A DNA stretch of 64,000 bases from the human T2T-CHM13v2.0 reference genome, Homo sapiens: NCBI RefSeq assembly GCF_009914755.1, contig NC_060928.1; one strand, 5' to 3'. A program made the position numbers and the translations under genes. Position 1 is the stretch's first letter; each line of letters starts with the position of its first letter. The notes below the pieces were generated by a model. It was given only the letters and a program-made list of their open reading frames with translations. It made no database searches and was not told the DNA's origin. This document shows, one piece after another, positions 13,620 through 26,788 of the stretch.

Positions 13620-13839
13620 GAATTTGATATCCAGTCGATAGTCTATATTTTTGAAGTCAGTATTATTACTACCAAAGTATAAAACTGAATCAGAGGTAAC
13701 CTAATTATATAATTAAAATTGTATATTAAAAACAGATAAAGTTTAACAGACAGCATTTTTTCATATGTGAGTAAATGTGTCAGTTGCATATAATTCATAT
13801 AAAGACATAAGATGTACTCAGAATCAAAGCTTATATTTA
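13620..13839 (-). repeat. Inverted repeat, right arm
   Basis: gaatttgatatccagtcgatagtctatatttttgaa...gaatcaaagcttatattta is the reverse complement of 11862-12077. Confidence 0.95.
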
Positions 13840-13902
13840 AGTAATACATTAAAAATACAAAATATTAAATACAAAGCTTGTATTTAAATAATTAATATAT
13901 TC

Positions 13903-14012
13903 AAAATACAAAAATTAGGCCGGTGTGGTGGCACACGCTTGTAATCCCAACTACTCGGGAGGGTGAGGCAGGAGAATTGCTTGAACTCGGGAGGCGGAGG
14001 TTTCAGTGAGCC
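13903..14012 (+). mobile_element. Internal Alu fragment (AluS-like linker plus part of right monomer), truncated at both ends
   Basis: Starts at linker aaaatacaaaaattag, ends at cagtgagcc; no left monomer, no poly(A). Confidence 0.92.
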
Positions 14013-14357
14013 TATATATATATGTGTGTGTGTGTTTATGTGTGTGTGTGTATATATATATACGTGTGTATATATATATACGTGTATATATATATACGTG
14101 TGTATATATATACGTGTATATATATACACGTGTATATATATACACGTGTATATATATACGTGTATATATGTATATATATGTATATATACATGTATATATA
14201 CGTATATATATACACCTGTATATATATACATACGTATATATTTATGCACGTGTCTATATACACGTGTATATATACACAAGTATATATATACACATATGTG
14301 TATATACACGTATGTATATATATATACCGACCATGGCAGAGAATTCCTTTCTTTCAC

Positions 14358-14383
<26 letters not shown>
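14013..14383. repeat. Complex (TA)n/(TG)n/TACGTG microsatellite plus a second (TA)n tract
   Basis: Alternating purine-pyrimidine array 14013-14326, a ~31-bp spacer, then (TA)n 14358-14383. Confidence 0.97.
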
Positions 14384-14389
<6 letters not shown>

Positions 14390-14418
14390 ATAATTCTTTT
14401 TTTATTTAAAAAAATATG

Positions 14419-14703
14419 TTTTTTGAGACAGGGTCACTCTCTGTCACCCAGACTGGAGTGCAGTGGGATGATCTTGGCTCACTGTAACTTTAACCTCCTG
14501 GAATCAAGCAATCCTCTCAAATCAGCCTCCTGAGTAGCTGGGCCTATAGGCGTGCAACACCACACCTGATTAATTTTGAAAATGTTTTGTAAACATGAAG
14601 TCTATGTTGCCCGGCCTGCTCTGGATCTCCTGGCCTCAAGTGATCCTCCTGCCTCAGCCTCCCAAAGTGCTGGGATTAAAGGCATGAGCCATCACGCCCA
14701 GCT
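14419..14703 (-). mobile_element. Alu (AluJ-like)
   Basis: gagacagggtcactctctgtcaccc...ctcctggcctcaagtgatcctcctgcctcagcctcccaaagtgctggg. Confidence 0.95.
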
Positions 14704-15039
14704 CACAAATATTTTCAATACCTCAAATGTGCTAGACGCAGTGCTGAGGGATAAAACACAGCCACCAGGGAGTTTGAAATCTAAGAAGAAACTTTATGAA
14801 CCTCCAGAGCCACTTGAAAGTCCCTGTGTACTTCATAATTTGAATATCTTAGAACTTTCCTCTGACTGTTCAAGAGTTTAGATACATCCTTCAACATCAA
14901 ACTCACATTCTTATGCACTGTGAACCCTTTCTGGAACATTCTAATCCTTACTACCAGAGTCTTTAGAACTTCCAAATTATTTTAGTCACAATGTGAAATT
15001 ATAGACTCATCAAGGCCGAGAGATTTACTGATTATTTAT

Positions 15040-15152
15040 TGAATGCTTTTGACATACGGAGGAATTAATTCCAGAAAGACCAGGTGATTTAGTCAAAGGT
15101 GACACAGTTATTTATAGAAAGAGCCTGGATTTGTACCTAGAATTTCTGACTC
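15040..15152 (-). mobile_element. MIR fragment
   Basis: ggtgatttagtcaaaggtgacacag...gagcctggatttgtacctag. Confidence 0.6.
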
Positions 15153-17431
15153 TTAAAATAATCATGTGCCTGGCAAAGTGCCTGGGATACAGAAAGTACT
15201 CACTGAATGATAGTAGTCTCGTTCCTCAGTGGGTTACAATTTCTTTAAGAATGGCATTATGCTTAACGCTTCCATTGTGTGTCCTGGAGAACTGGCCTAG
15301 GTCTGAGCCCATTGTAGACGCTAAGGATGTATTTACTGTTAATTGTTAATACAAATTTATTTCCCATTGTCTTCATGTTACAGAGGAACTAAAAATCTTG
15401 AAAGAGAACCACCATTTTAGTGGTAAGCCCAACTGTTGCTGTGTCTTTCTTATAAGTAATATTTATGGTTTATGAGTCTTGCAATCAAACGATGGACATA
15501 TGCTGGGACCATTTCTCTAGTAAAAGCAATTATATATTGTTTTTATTTTAAAGAACTGACTATCATGATCTGCAAATATTTTTAAAGCTACCATTATGCA
15601 GGCATTCCTTAAATTGGAATTAGTGGTTATGCGTTAATGGGACTGCCAATAATTGTCGCATTCTATAAATCAAAAGAAAATGGCTCCCTTTTTTGTTGAT
15701 AGATATTTACAGCCCCCAGCTTTAAGTTGAAGATACAAGTATAACTGCTTCAAGATTATATTCCTTGAGGAAAGATATTGCTTCATGGAAAGTAAGAGTA
15801 GAAACACAAAGCCCTATATATTAAAGTTTAACTTGATGAAAAATCTTATTTAATTGATAGCCATCTAAATTTAAGCAAATTATTATATCTTAGGAGACTA
15901 ATGCCATAGGAAAGAGAGTATTGGGCTGTTTTCTATCTTATCATTGAGGCACAGGGAGGTTATAATTATGGCATCCTGGTGCTAAACATGGAGCAGGGTC
16001 AATTTTCGCAATTGAAGAAAAGAAGTTATAATAGTCGGTCCTTTTTTCTCACCTGGGCAATGCATGCATTACATGAATATCCAGAGTTTCTTTTCATTCG
16101 TTCCTAAATGGAGTCAAATGCAGATTCAAAGATATAAATGGGGCTACCTACTTTTAAAGTTCACGAGATACAGATCTATATAGATGACAAAGGTGATAAA
16201 TATATAGAAACATATAAACACATAAACTTCACTCCCAAGTTAAAACCCACAATTAAATCAAGAAGGCCCATTTGCTACTTGGTAAAAATAACAAATCAGG
16301 AAAAGGATATGATAATCTTGCTATATAATAAAAATCTTTCTCCACATCGTTTTACATAAAACACAATCTTCTCAACTTATTCCCAAAGTAAAAATCCTCC
16401 TCCACTCACATACTTCATGATCCCAGGGGACATTTATGGTATTAGCACAGTTACTAGAAAGTATTAGAGAGGGTGCTTCCCATTCTCCAGCTATGCTTGC
16501 TTTTCCTCTTCTTGCTGTTGATGTTTCTGCCCTATTGCTCTGTTTTTCTCCTTTCACCTTTTTCTAGGGGTTGGGGAATGTGAAAGAGCATAACCCTGGA
16601 AACAGAAACAGAAATTTAATTACCTAAATTGCTTGGATTTGATGCATTATGGAGCCTATCAAAAAAAGCGTATACCTTCAAGTTTTTTATGAAAAATTTC
16701 ATTGTCATTTTAAATGAAGGAAGGCAATAATAACTAGAGGAGAGACAGGGGCAGACTCACATCCTTGGACCAGGAGATGGAGAATCACAGAAATGAGAGA
16801 TGCCATGGAAAATGTCTCAGAAAGTATTTAAAATGCTTTCCCCACATCCTATTACATAAATACACTTTAACAAATATTTTTCTGACAGGGTGGCTTATTA
16901 TAAGAGAAGCAGTATAATACTAGTGTCCTGGAAAGGGCAGAAAAAAATAAAAAACAATGTGGATTCCCAACTGGCATTTTATTTTATTTTTTTAGATGTC
17001 GTTCAGCCCATTCATTAACTCATCTGTTCACTTAGAGAATAAAAGTTTTTCACTGGAGTCTGTACAGTTAAAATTTTCACTGAGGTGTTATCTTACTTAG
17101 TCCTGTAGTACATTTTTCTCTTTATTAATTTTACTTCATTTTTCTTGGTAGTGACGGCTTGCTGATGTTCACTATTAATGTTGACAGTATGAATAGATTG
17201 CAAAACCAATGAAGATGCATATCTTTCTAATAAAGAAGAACAAGCAGAGATGAATGTTCTTCCAATAACACTGTCAGTGGCAGAGACTACTACAATAAAA
17301 TGTCTATTTTTAAGATTATTTGCTGCATGTCACTGCAGGGATGGAAATTCAGTAGAAAATTTGTTCATTCAGTCATTTTGAGAGTAATACAATTAGTAGT
17401 ACCACTAGGGCAGAAGCCTTATAGACTAGTC

Positions 17432-19116
<1,685 letters not shown>

Positions 19117-19699
19117 TCCTAATCTATGGAGATTTCCTACTGGTGGGGTTTCAAAAATTTAATTGAAAGCAGAATAGAATACTAGAACTTAAAATTTTGT
19201 TTGATCAATTGCCTCTACCAAAGTTTATTAAAATTATTATATTTGGGAAAATTGCTTCTTTATAGAAATCAAAATGATTAATCAGTTCCTATTGCTGCTC
19301 CTGTTTCATATCCCACAAAATTGATACAATGAGATAATTTCACTGGGAATTTTAACTAGTGCTGAGACAAGCTCATTAATGTTTGTTATTATTCTGTTTA
19401 CCCCCACTTTCAGGTAGAACCAAAATTTATCTTATGCTAATCAGGGAAATGGCAAAATAAACATTAGAGAAAAAGGTTCTTGTAAAAGATTTGTCAAATA
19501 CAGGTAACATAAATCTTTTTCGTCAAAGAGTAGACTTGTCAGAAATATTTTAAAATAAAAGAGTAAAAGTACACGCACACACACATACTTTCTTTTTTTT
19601 TTTCCCTAATGGCAGTCACAGGGTTAGACTAAAAATGAGAGACATTAATGCTCTTTTTTCTGTCTAGAAATCCAGAAATATGTATGTATGATTATACTC

Positions 19700-20486
19700 T
19701 AAGGATAAAGGAAGTTTTTTAATTGTTGGGGAGGGTGGGAGTTATATTAATCTACCAATGATTTGAAAACAATTAGATAATTATCTGGAAAAAATAACAT
19801 AAGCTCTCTATTTTCTGTGTGTACTATAAGAACGTATAGAAGCATCGTTTTAAAGTCTAGGCCTAAACAGAGGTAATCTGTTAAAGGATATAACACAAAG
19901 AACATAAGCCATAAAGGAAACGGTTAGTAGATTTGATGACATAAAACTCAAAACCAATTTATGTCATAGAAGATAGAGTTAACCCATTTAAAAAATCAGA
20001 TTGGGAAAATGTTTCTGCTTCATGTAACTGATAAATTGTTAATATCCATAGTCTATAGTCCGGAAAGAGCCCCTGAAATCAAAAAGAAAAAGGCAAACAA
20101 CTCAATATGAAAATGGTCAAGGTCAAGAAATGCAATAATAAGAAGAGATACAAATATCCAGCAAACATGTTAAGAAACTGTCAAATTGATAATATTATAT
20201 ATATTGGAACTATCCTGTGTTGAGGGTGTGTGAAATAGGCAATGGACTGTCACCCGGAGTTGGAGAGGCTTTAACTTAATCAAATGTGTGTATTTAACCT
20301 AGACGTTTTACTTCTACTAATTTGTTCTTGGGATATTCACTTATATGGTCAAAGATATAAGTAGAGGATACTCACTGTTTTTCAGTGGTGAAAATTTGAA
20401 TTTAACGTACCTGGTCACCAATCATGAATTAGTTAATTAAATGACAACCAATCAATTTGGCATATTTCTGTAGTTATGAAAATATA
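19700..20486 (+). mobile_element. Old L1ME-like ORF2/3' fragment, resuming after 21548
   Basis: cataagccataaaggaaacggttagtagatttgatgacataaaa; aaaggcaaacaactcaatatgaaaatgg. Confidence 0.65.
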
Positions 20487-20501
20487 GTGCACATAGTTTT
20501 A

Positions 20502-21533
20502 AAATGTTTGTATAAATTTAAGGGGCACAAGTGCAGTATTGTTAGATGGATATATTAGGTAGTGTTGAAGTCTGGGCTTTTAGTGTAACCATCACCTGAA
20601 TAGTGTACATTGTACCTAATAGGTAATTTCTCATCCCTACCACCTTCTCTCCCTCTTACCCAGTCTCCCCGTCTATCATTCCACACTCTATGGCCATGTT
20701 GTTCAGTTCCCACTTATAAATAAGGTCATGTAGTATTTGACTTTCTGTTTCTGAGTTGTTTCACTTAAAATAATGGCCTGCAGGTCCATCCATGTTGCTG
20801 CAAAACACGATTTCATTCTTTTTATGGCTGAATACACACACACACACACCATATTGTCTTCATCCAATCATCCACTGATGGACATTTACGTTTATTTCAT
20901 ATCTTTGCTTTTGTGAACAGTGATGCGATAAAAATACGAGGGCAGGTATCTTTTTAATATAATAATTTATTTTCCTTTGGGTATATGCCCAGTAGTGGGA
21001 TTGCTGGATAAAATCCTAGTTCTATTTTTAGTTATTTGAGAAATCTCCATACTGTTTTCCATAGGGGTTTTACTAGTTTATATTCTTACCAACAGTGTAT
21101 AAGCATTCCCTTTTCTCTGCGTCCTCACCAACATCTGTTGTTTTTTGTCTTTTTAATAATAGCCATTCTGACTGGTGTAAGATGATATCTCATGGGACTT
21201 AATTAAACTAAAAAGCTTCTACACAGCAAAAGAAATGATCAACAAAGTGAACAGACAACCTGCAGAATGGGAGAAAATATTTGCAAACTATGCATCCAGC
21301 AGGGGTGTGATATCTTGAATTTACAAGGGACTCAAACAACTCAACAACCGTAACAAAAACCAAATAAACAACCATAACATAAAAACCAAATAACCCTATA
21401 AAAAGTGGACAAAGGATATGAATAGTCTTTTTTCAAAAGAATACATACAAATGGCCAACAAGCATATGAAAAAATGCTTAACATTGCTAAGCATCAGATA
21501 AATGCAAAATAAAACGTCAATGAGATATCATTC
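20502..21533 (-). mobile_element. L1PB4/L1MA-like element with 5' inversion (twin priming)
   Basis: Minus-strand 3' part 20502-21193, plus-strand ORF2 part 21194-21531; degenerate 15-bp TSD gtgcacatagtttta / gtacatgtagtttta. Confidence 0.88.
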
Positions 21534-21712
21534 GTACATGTAGTTTTATATACAGTGACACAGAAAAATTTTATCATGTTAAGTATAAAAATTCTTGATT
21601 CTTTTAAATAAAAGTACTGTGTATATGTGTGTGTAATACATATCTATAGGTACCAATAAAATGTCTTCAGAAGATACAGCAAACTATTGAGAGCTGCTTT
21701 ACATCAAATTGT

Positions 21713-21892
21713 AATATTATATATTACATATATATGTTATATATTATATATAATATATAACATATATTACATATATATGTTATATATAATATATAATATA
21801 TAATATATATATATAATATATAAATTATATATTACATATATATGTTATATATTACATATATTATATATAATATTATATATTACATATATATG
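21713..21892. repeat. AT-rich minisatellite / low-complexity tract
   Basis: Repeated atattatatattacatatatatgtt units. Confidence 0.95.
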
Positions 21893-23380
21893 TTTGTTAT
21901 ACAGTTATGAGAGGTTTCCACTCTCACTGTTTTATGTGTTTTCTTTATTTTTTAACAATAAGCATGTATTCATGGTAAACATAATTAGATTCCAATCTTA
22001 TCCTTACCACACACATAACTTGAATAAGCTCATTAAATATTAATTGAAGTGTATTTTTCTAGTGAAATTAAAATAATGCAACAGCTCAAAACAACTTAAA
22101 TCATGATCTTAGATAGAAATAAATTCTGAAATTATGATCACACAGAACCATTTGTGTTCTAGGGAGCAACTGGAACACAAATGCCAACTCTTTCCTCCTT
22201 TTAAGAGAATTAATTTCTTATTGAGGAACTGGCCACTGCATCTAGTCCACACTTCCACATTCTCCCTATAGTATGATACTTAATTAATCTGTAACTGAAA
22301 CTAGGGAAATTACAAAAACTTTTTTTCTGCCATCCTGACTTGATATCTAGAAAGCAGGTGACATCTGGATATCTAGAAGGACTTGGTATCTAGAAGGATG
22401 AACTCTAAGATGTGTAGAAAGCGACATGATTTTGTAATGGGGAGAGCCAAATTTGGATTCTGCTTTGTTAATTGCTTGATTTATTTGCAGTACCATCATC
22501 TGTAAAATAGGATTAAATTACAGGTCATTGTGAGTGTTGAGGTATTTGGAAAGCATTATTTTTTGTAGTAGAGTTTTTAAAATAAAAAACCTTATCATTC
22601 TAGCCTGAGTAGGAAGCATTAAAAAGCTAATCAAAGTTGGAAGAAATCAGTTATGCTTTCAAAATAACCCAAGTGAAACCATGACAAGAAATTGTCAGAT
22701 AAAAACAAGTGTCAGGTAAATGCCAGATAAACACAGAGGTTAACTTTCCTAGTGTCACCTTCGAGAAAGCTGGGATGGAATCTATCACTTTTTTATCCCA
22801 AGCCCTGTGACTTTTTACTGTGCTGTGCCACTTTCAGATATATCATGTGGTTTTTTCTTTCCAATATTTAATCGCCCTCTGAGGTTGTGATTTGTTCATG
22901 GGATTTATTTTGCTCTTTCACACCATTGAAGGGAGATTTTATCTTTGTTGCTTTGGAGCCTGAAAAAGTGAATGTGTCTTAAAAATACAGGTCTAACTGC
23001 TTACAAAGATCAATGAGCCTTTGACTACTTTCTCTAAATATTATTCATAATAGATGATTGCATTGTCTTCTCAACTGAAATGCAAGAAATAACAATTTAA
23101 CGAAAAATTTCTGAAAATCTGCAGGATTGATTTCAAAAGTATCATTCATCACGACACTTCAGCTTCACTTGTGAGACCAGTATATAATTTTCTTTTGATC
23201 TTTTAATCTATTTATGAAGATAATTTACTTTATTAAAAGAATTTTTATGGCAACCAACTAAATTTTCTACTAGAAATAATTTTATCCAGCACAATTGAAG
23301 ACTATGAAAACCCAAATGTTATAGAATCTTGCTAACTAAGCCTCAGTATTACTGATTCTTTTAAAAAATGTTAGAGTTCC

Positions 23381-24440
23381 TGTTGCGGGAAGTCAGGGAC
23401 CCTGAATGGAGGGACCCACTGAAGCCATGGCAGAAGAACATAAATTGTGAAGATTTCATGGACATTTATTAATTCACCAAATTAATACTTTTATAATTTC
23501 TTACACCTGTCTTTACTGCAATCTTTAAATGAAAATTGTGAAGATTTCATGGACATTTATCACTTCCCCAGTCACTATTCTTGTAATTTCCTATGCCTGT
23601 CTTTACTTTAATCTCTTAATCCCGTCATCTTCCTAAGCTGAGGATGTATGTCACCTCAGGACCCTGTGATGATTGCGTTAACTACACAAATTGTTTAAAC
23701 AGTATGAAATCTGGGCACCTTGACAAAAGAACAGGATAACAGCAATGTTCAGGGAACAAGGGAGATAACTATTAGGTCTGGCTGCCTGAGAGCCGGGTGG
23801 AACAGAGCCATATTTCTCCTCTTTCAAAAGCAAATAGGAGAAATATTACTGAATTCTTTTTCTCAGCAAGAAACATCCCTGAGAAAGAGAATGCATTCCT
23901 AGGGGGAGGTCTCTAAAACGGCCACTCTGGGGACGTCTGTCTTTTTACAGTTGAAGATAAGGGATGAAATAAGCCCCAGTCTCCTGTAGCGCTCCCAGGC
24001 CTATTAGGACAAGGAAATTCCCACCTAATAAATTTTGGTCAGACCGGTTGTCTGCTCTCAAATCCTGTCTCCTGATAAGATATATCAATGACAATGTATG
24101 CCCGAAACTTCATTAGCAATTTTAATTTTGCCCTTGTCCTGTCATCTCGCCCTGCCTCCATTTGCCTTGTGATATTTTATTACTTTGTGAAGCATGTGAT
24201 CTCTGTGACCCACACCCTATTTGTACACTCCCTCCCCTTTTGAAAATCACTAATAAAAACTTGCTGGTTTTGCGGCTTCTGGGGCATCACAGAACCTGCC
24301 AACATGTGATGTCTCCCCGAACACCCAGCTTTAAAATTTCTCCCTTTTCTACTCTTTCCCTTTATTTCTCAGAGCAGCCGACACTTAGGGAAAATAGAAA
24401 AGGACCCACGTTGAATTATCGGGGGCGGGTTCCCCCGATA
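23381..24440 (+). mobile_element. MER11 solo LTR (ERVK, HERV-K11/HML-8)
   Basis: Starts tgttgcgggaagtcagggacc, ends gggttcccccgata; perfect 6-bp TSD agttcc (23375-23380, 24441-24446); AATAAA at 24252. Confidence 0.93.
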
Positions 24441-24454
24441 AGTTCCAATGGTTA

Positions 24455-24859
<405 letters not shown>

Positions 24860-25499
24860 TTATAAATTATGGAGCTTCAAAATATGCTCCAGCATACTGG
24901 GATTGGGGAGACGTCTGCTATTGTAGTGAAGCTCCCTTGAACAAATCATTTTGCTTGTTTGCATGTTACTTTCTTTAGCTATGAAAGTAGTTAAAGCTTT
25001 CCTACAGCTCTGTCATGCTATCCAGGCAATTCAAGCTCCCTTACTGCTCTGTAATCCTGTAGAGAGTTTATTTCACAGGCCATTTTATGTTCACAGATGA
25101 TATGAACTTTAGGGTACATTCATCCTGTGTCCTGGAAGAAGAACAAAATGCAAATAATTTAAAAGAGGAGCAAGAACATTATATGATTCTGTTTTCTGTT
25201 CTCTTTACTTTCGTTCTATATAATCCTCCTTCCTGTCCATTTTGTTTACTACCAAGTCTTCCACTGCTGTTCCTATTTGAAAGTACTGAATATAGATTAC
25301 AAACTCTAACTTGTCCTCCACACTTGCATTTCCAATTGTCACTTAGACTTGATTAGAATTTAATGTAATTTTTAAAATTCCTTATAACTCACTGCCAGGT
25401 AACACCATTACATCTGTACTTTCTTTTATGATACTTAACTAGATTAGAATTGTATTTGATTACACATATTTTTTATGCCTCCTCCTTGCTCATACATTC

Positions 25500-25856
25500 T
25501 TCTTTTTTACTTGCACAATTCTGTCAGTTCAATCTCCAAATTAGAATTCTTCTCATTCCTACTCCTACTGTTGTGGTCACAAGTCTATGTCATAACAGAG
25601 TTCATTGTCCTTTTTTCTTGTAAAGACAATTCCTTATGATTTGTTCTACACATTTTATTTATTTTTCTAACATACATATTTGATCATGTTCTACTCCTTT
25701 TGAAAGTGATCTGTGACTTTCCATTGCAGAGAAGCTATATATAATAGTTTAGACTTGTCCAGGACTTTACTTCCTGGCCTTGTCATTCATTCTCTCTCTC
25801 CCAGACATTCTGTATTTTATTCATATCAGATTATGTACCATTTCTTGAATTCATAC
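25500..25856 (+). mobile_element. L2 fragment
   Basis: tttgatcatgttctactcc...ctgtgactttccattgc resembles the L2 3' region. Confidence 0.5.
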
Positions 25857-26318
25857 TGTTAATTACAATAAAAATAGACCCCATATAACTGTGGCTTAAT
25901 CAATATAAAGCTGTAATTCTGTGTCACATAGCAACCTAGATATAGATGGTCAAGGGCTTACATGATAGATATTTTATGCTATTATTTAGGAACCCAGATT
26001 CTGCCATCTGAAGCACTTTGTCCCTTTCAGCATGATCAATGGTGACTTAGCACCAAGTCCCCAATCCTAGCACCATGAACGAGGAAGTGAAGAAAAAGGT
26101 CACTCCCCCTGCCTTTAAAACATATCCTGGAATTTCCATATATCACTTTCTCTCACATGTCATTGGCTACAATTTAGTAACCTGGCCACATCTAGATGCA
26201 TAAAACGCTAGAATATGTCATCTTTACAAAAATCAAATATATGCCCAGTTTCAATTGCTATCACTTTGGAAAAAAAGGGAAAACTAGATATTGAGGGATA
26301 ACAGGAGCCCTTGTCACA
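25857..26318 (-). mobile_element. MaLR LTR (MLT1J/I-like)
   Basis: ctgtggcttaa...; ctcacatgtcattggctacaatttagtaacctggccacatctag; ends tgtcaca. Confidence 0.65.
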
Positions 26319-26350
26319 TTCATGATGTTGTTATTGTGATTGTTGGTGGT

Positions 26351-26480
26351 CTCCTCCTCTTTTTCCTCCTTCATTTCCTCCCCCTCCTCCTCTTTCTTCC
26401 TTCTTTTTCTTCCCTTCTTCTCCCTTTCTCTCTTTCTCCTCTACCTCACCTCATTCCTGCTCCTTTTCTTCTTAGCTCCC
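26351..26480. repeat. CT-rich low-complexity tract
   Basis: Polypyrimidine ctcctcctctttttcctcc... Confidence 0.85.
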
Positions 26481-26602
26481 TCACTTACCATTTTCTCTAT
26501 TGATTTGGCCTTTCATTTAGCTCTGCCTTATTGTTAAAATTCTTATTCATTGTTGAGGGCAAAGTCAAAATAATACCTTCTAAGACTTTTCAAGATATTA
26601 CA

Positions 26603-26788
26603 TGTATTAGTCCATTCTCATGCTGCTCTAAAGGCATGCCTGAGACTGGGTATTTATAAAGGGAAGAGGTTTAATGGATTCATAGTTCCATATGGCTGGG
26701 GAGGCCTCACAATCGTGGCAAAGGTGAAGGACGAGCAAAGGCACATCTTACATGGCGGCAGGCAATAGAGCTTGTGCAGGGGAACTTC
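26603..26788 (-). mobile_element. THE1 LTR, roughly half length
   Basis: tgtattagtccattctcatgctgct...ggctggggaggcctcacaatc...tgtgcaggggaact, then abrupt loss of similarity. Confidence 0.88.

Noticed and set aside
11862-13839. Inverted repeat as long TIRs of a novel DNA transposon
   Set aside because: No TSD, no transposase remnant in the spacer, and the left arm merges with a MIR tail. Local duplication fits better, pending a genome-wide copy search.
13884-14533. Six overlapping Y/I/V/T/H-rich ORFs up to 175 aa
   Set aside because: Translation artefacts of the RY microsatellite, which lacks stop codons, plus Alu sequence.
23442-23560. Direct repeat aaattgtgaagatttcatggacatttat occurring twice
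   Set aside because: As I recall, an intrinsic feature of the MER11 LTR; only two copies, not a CRISPR-like array.
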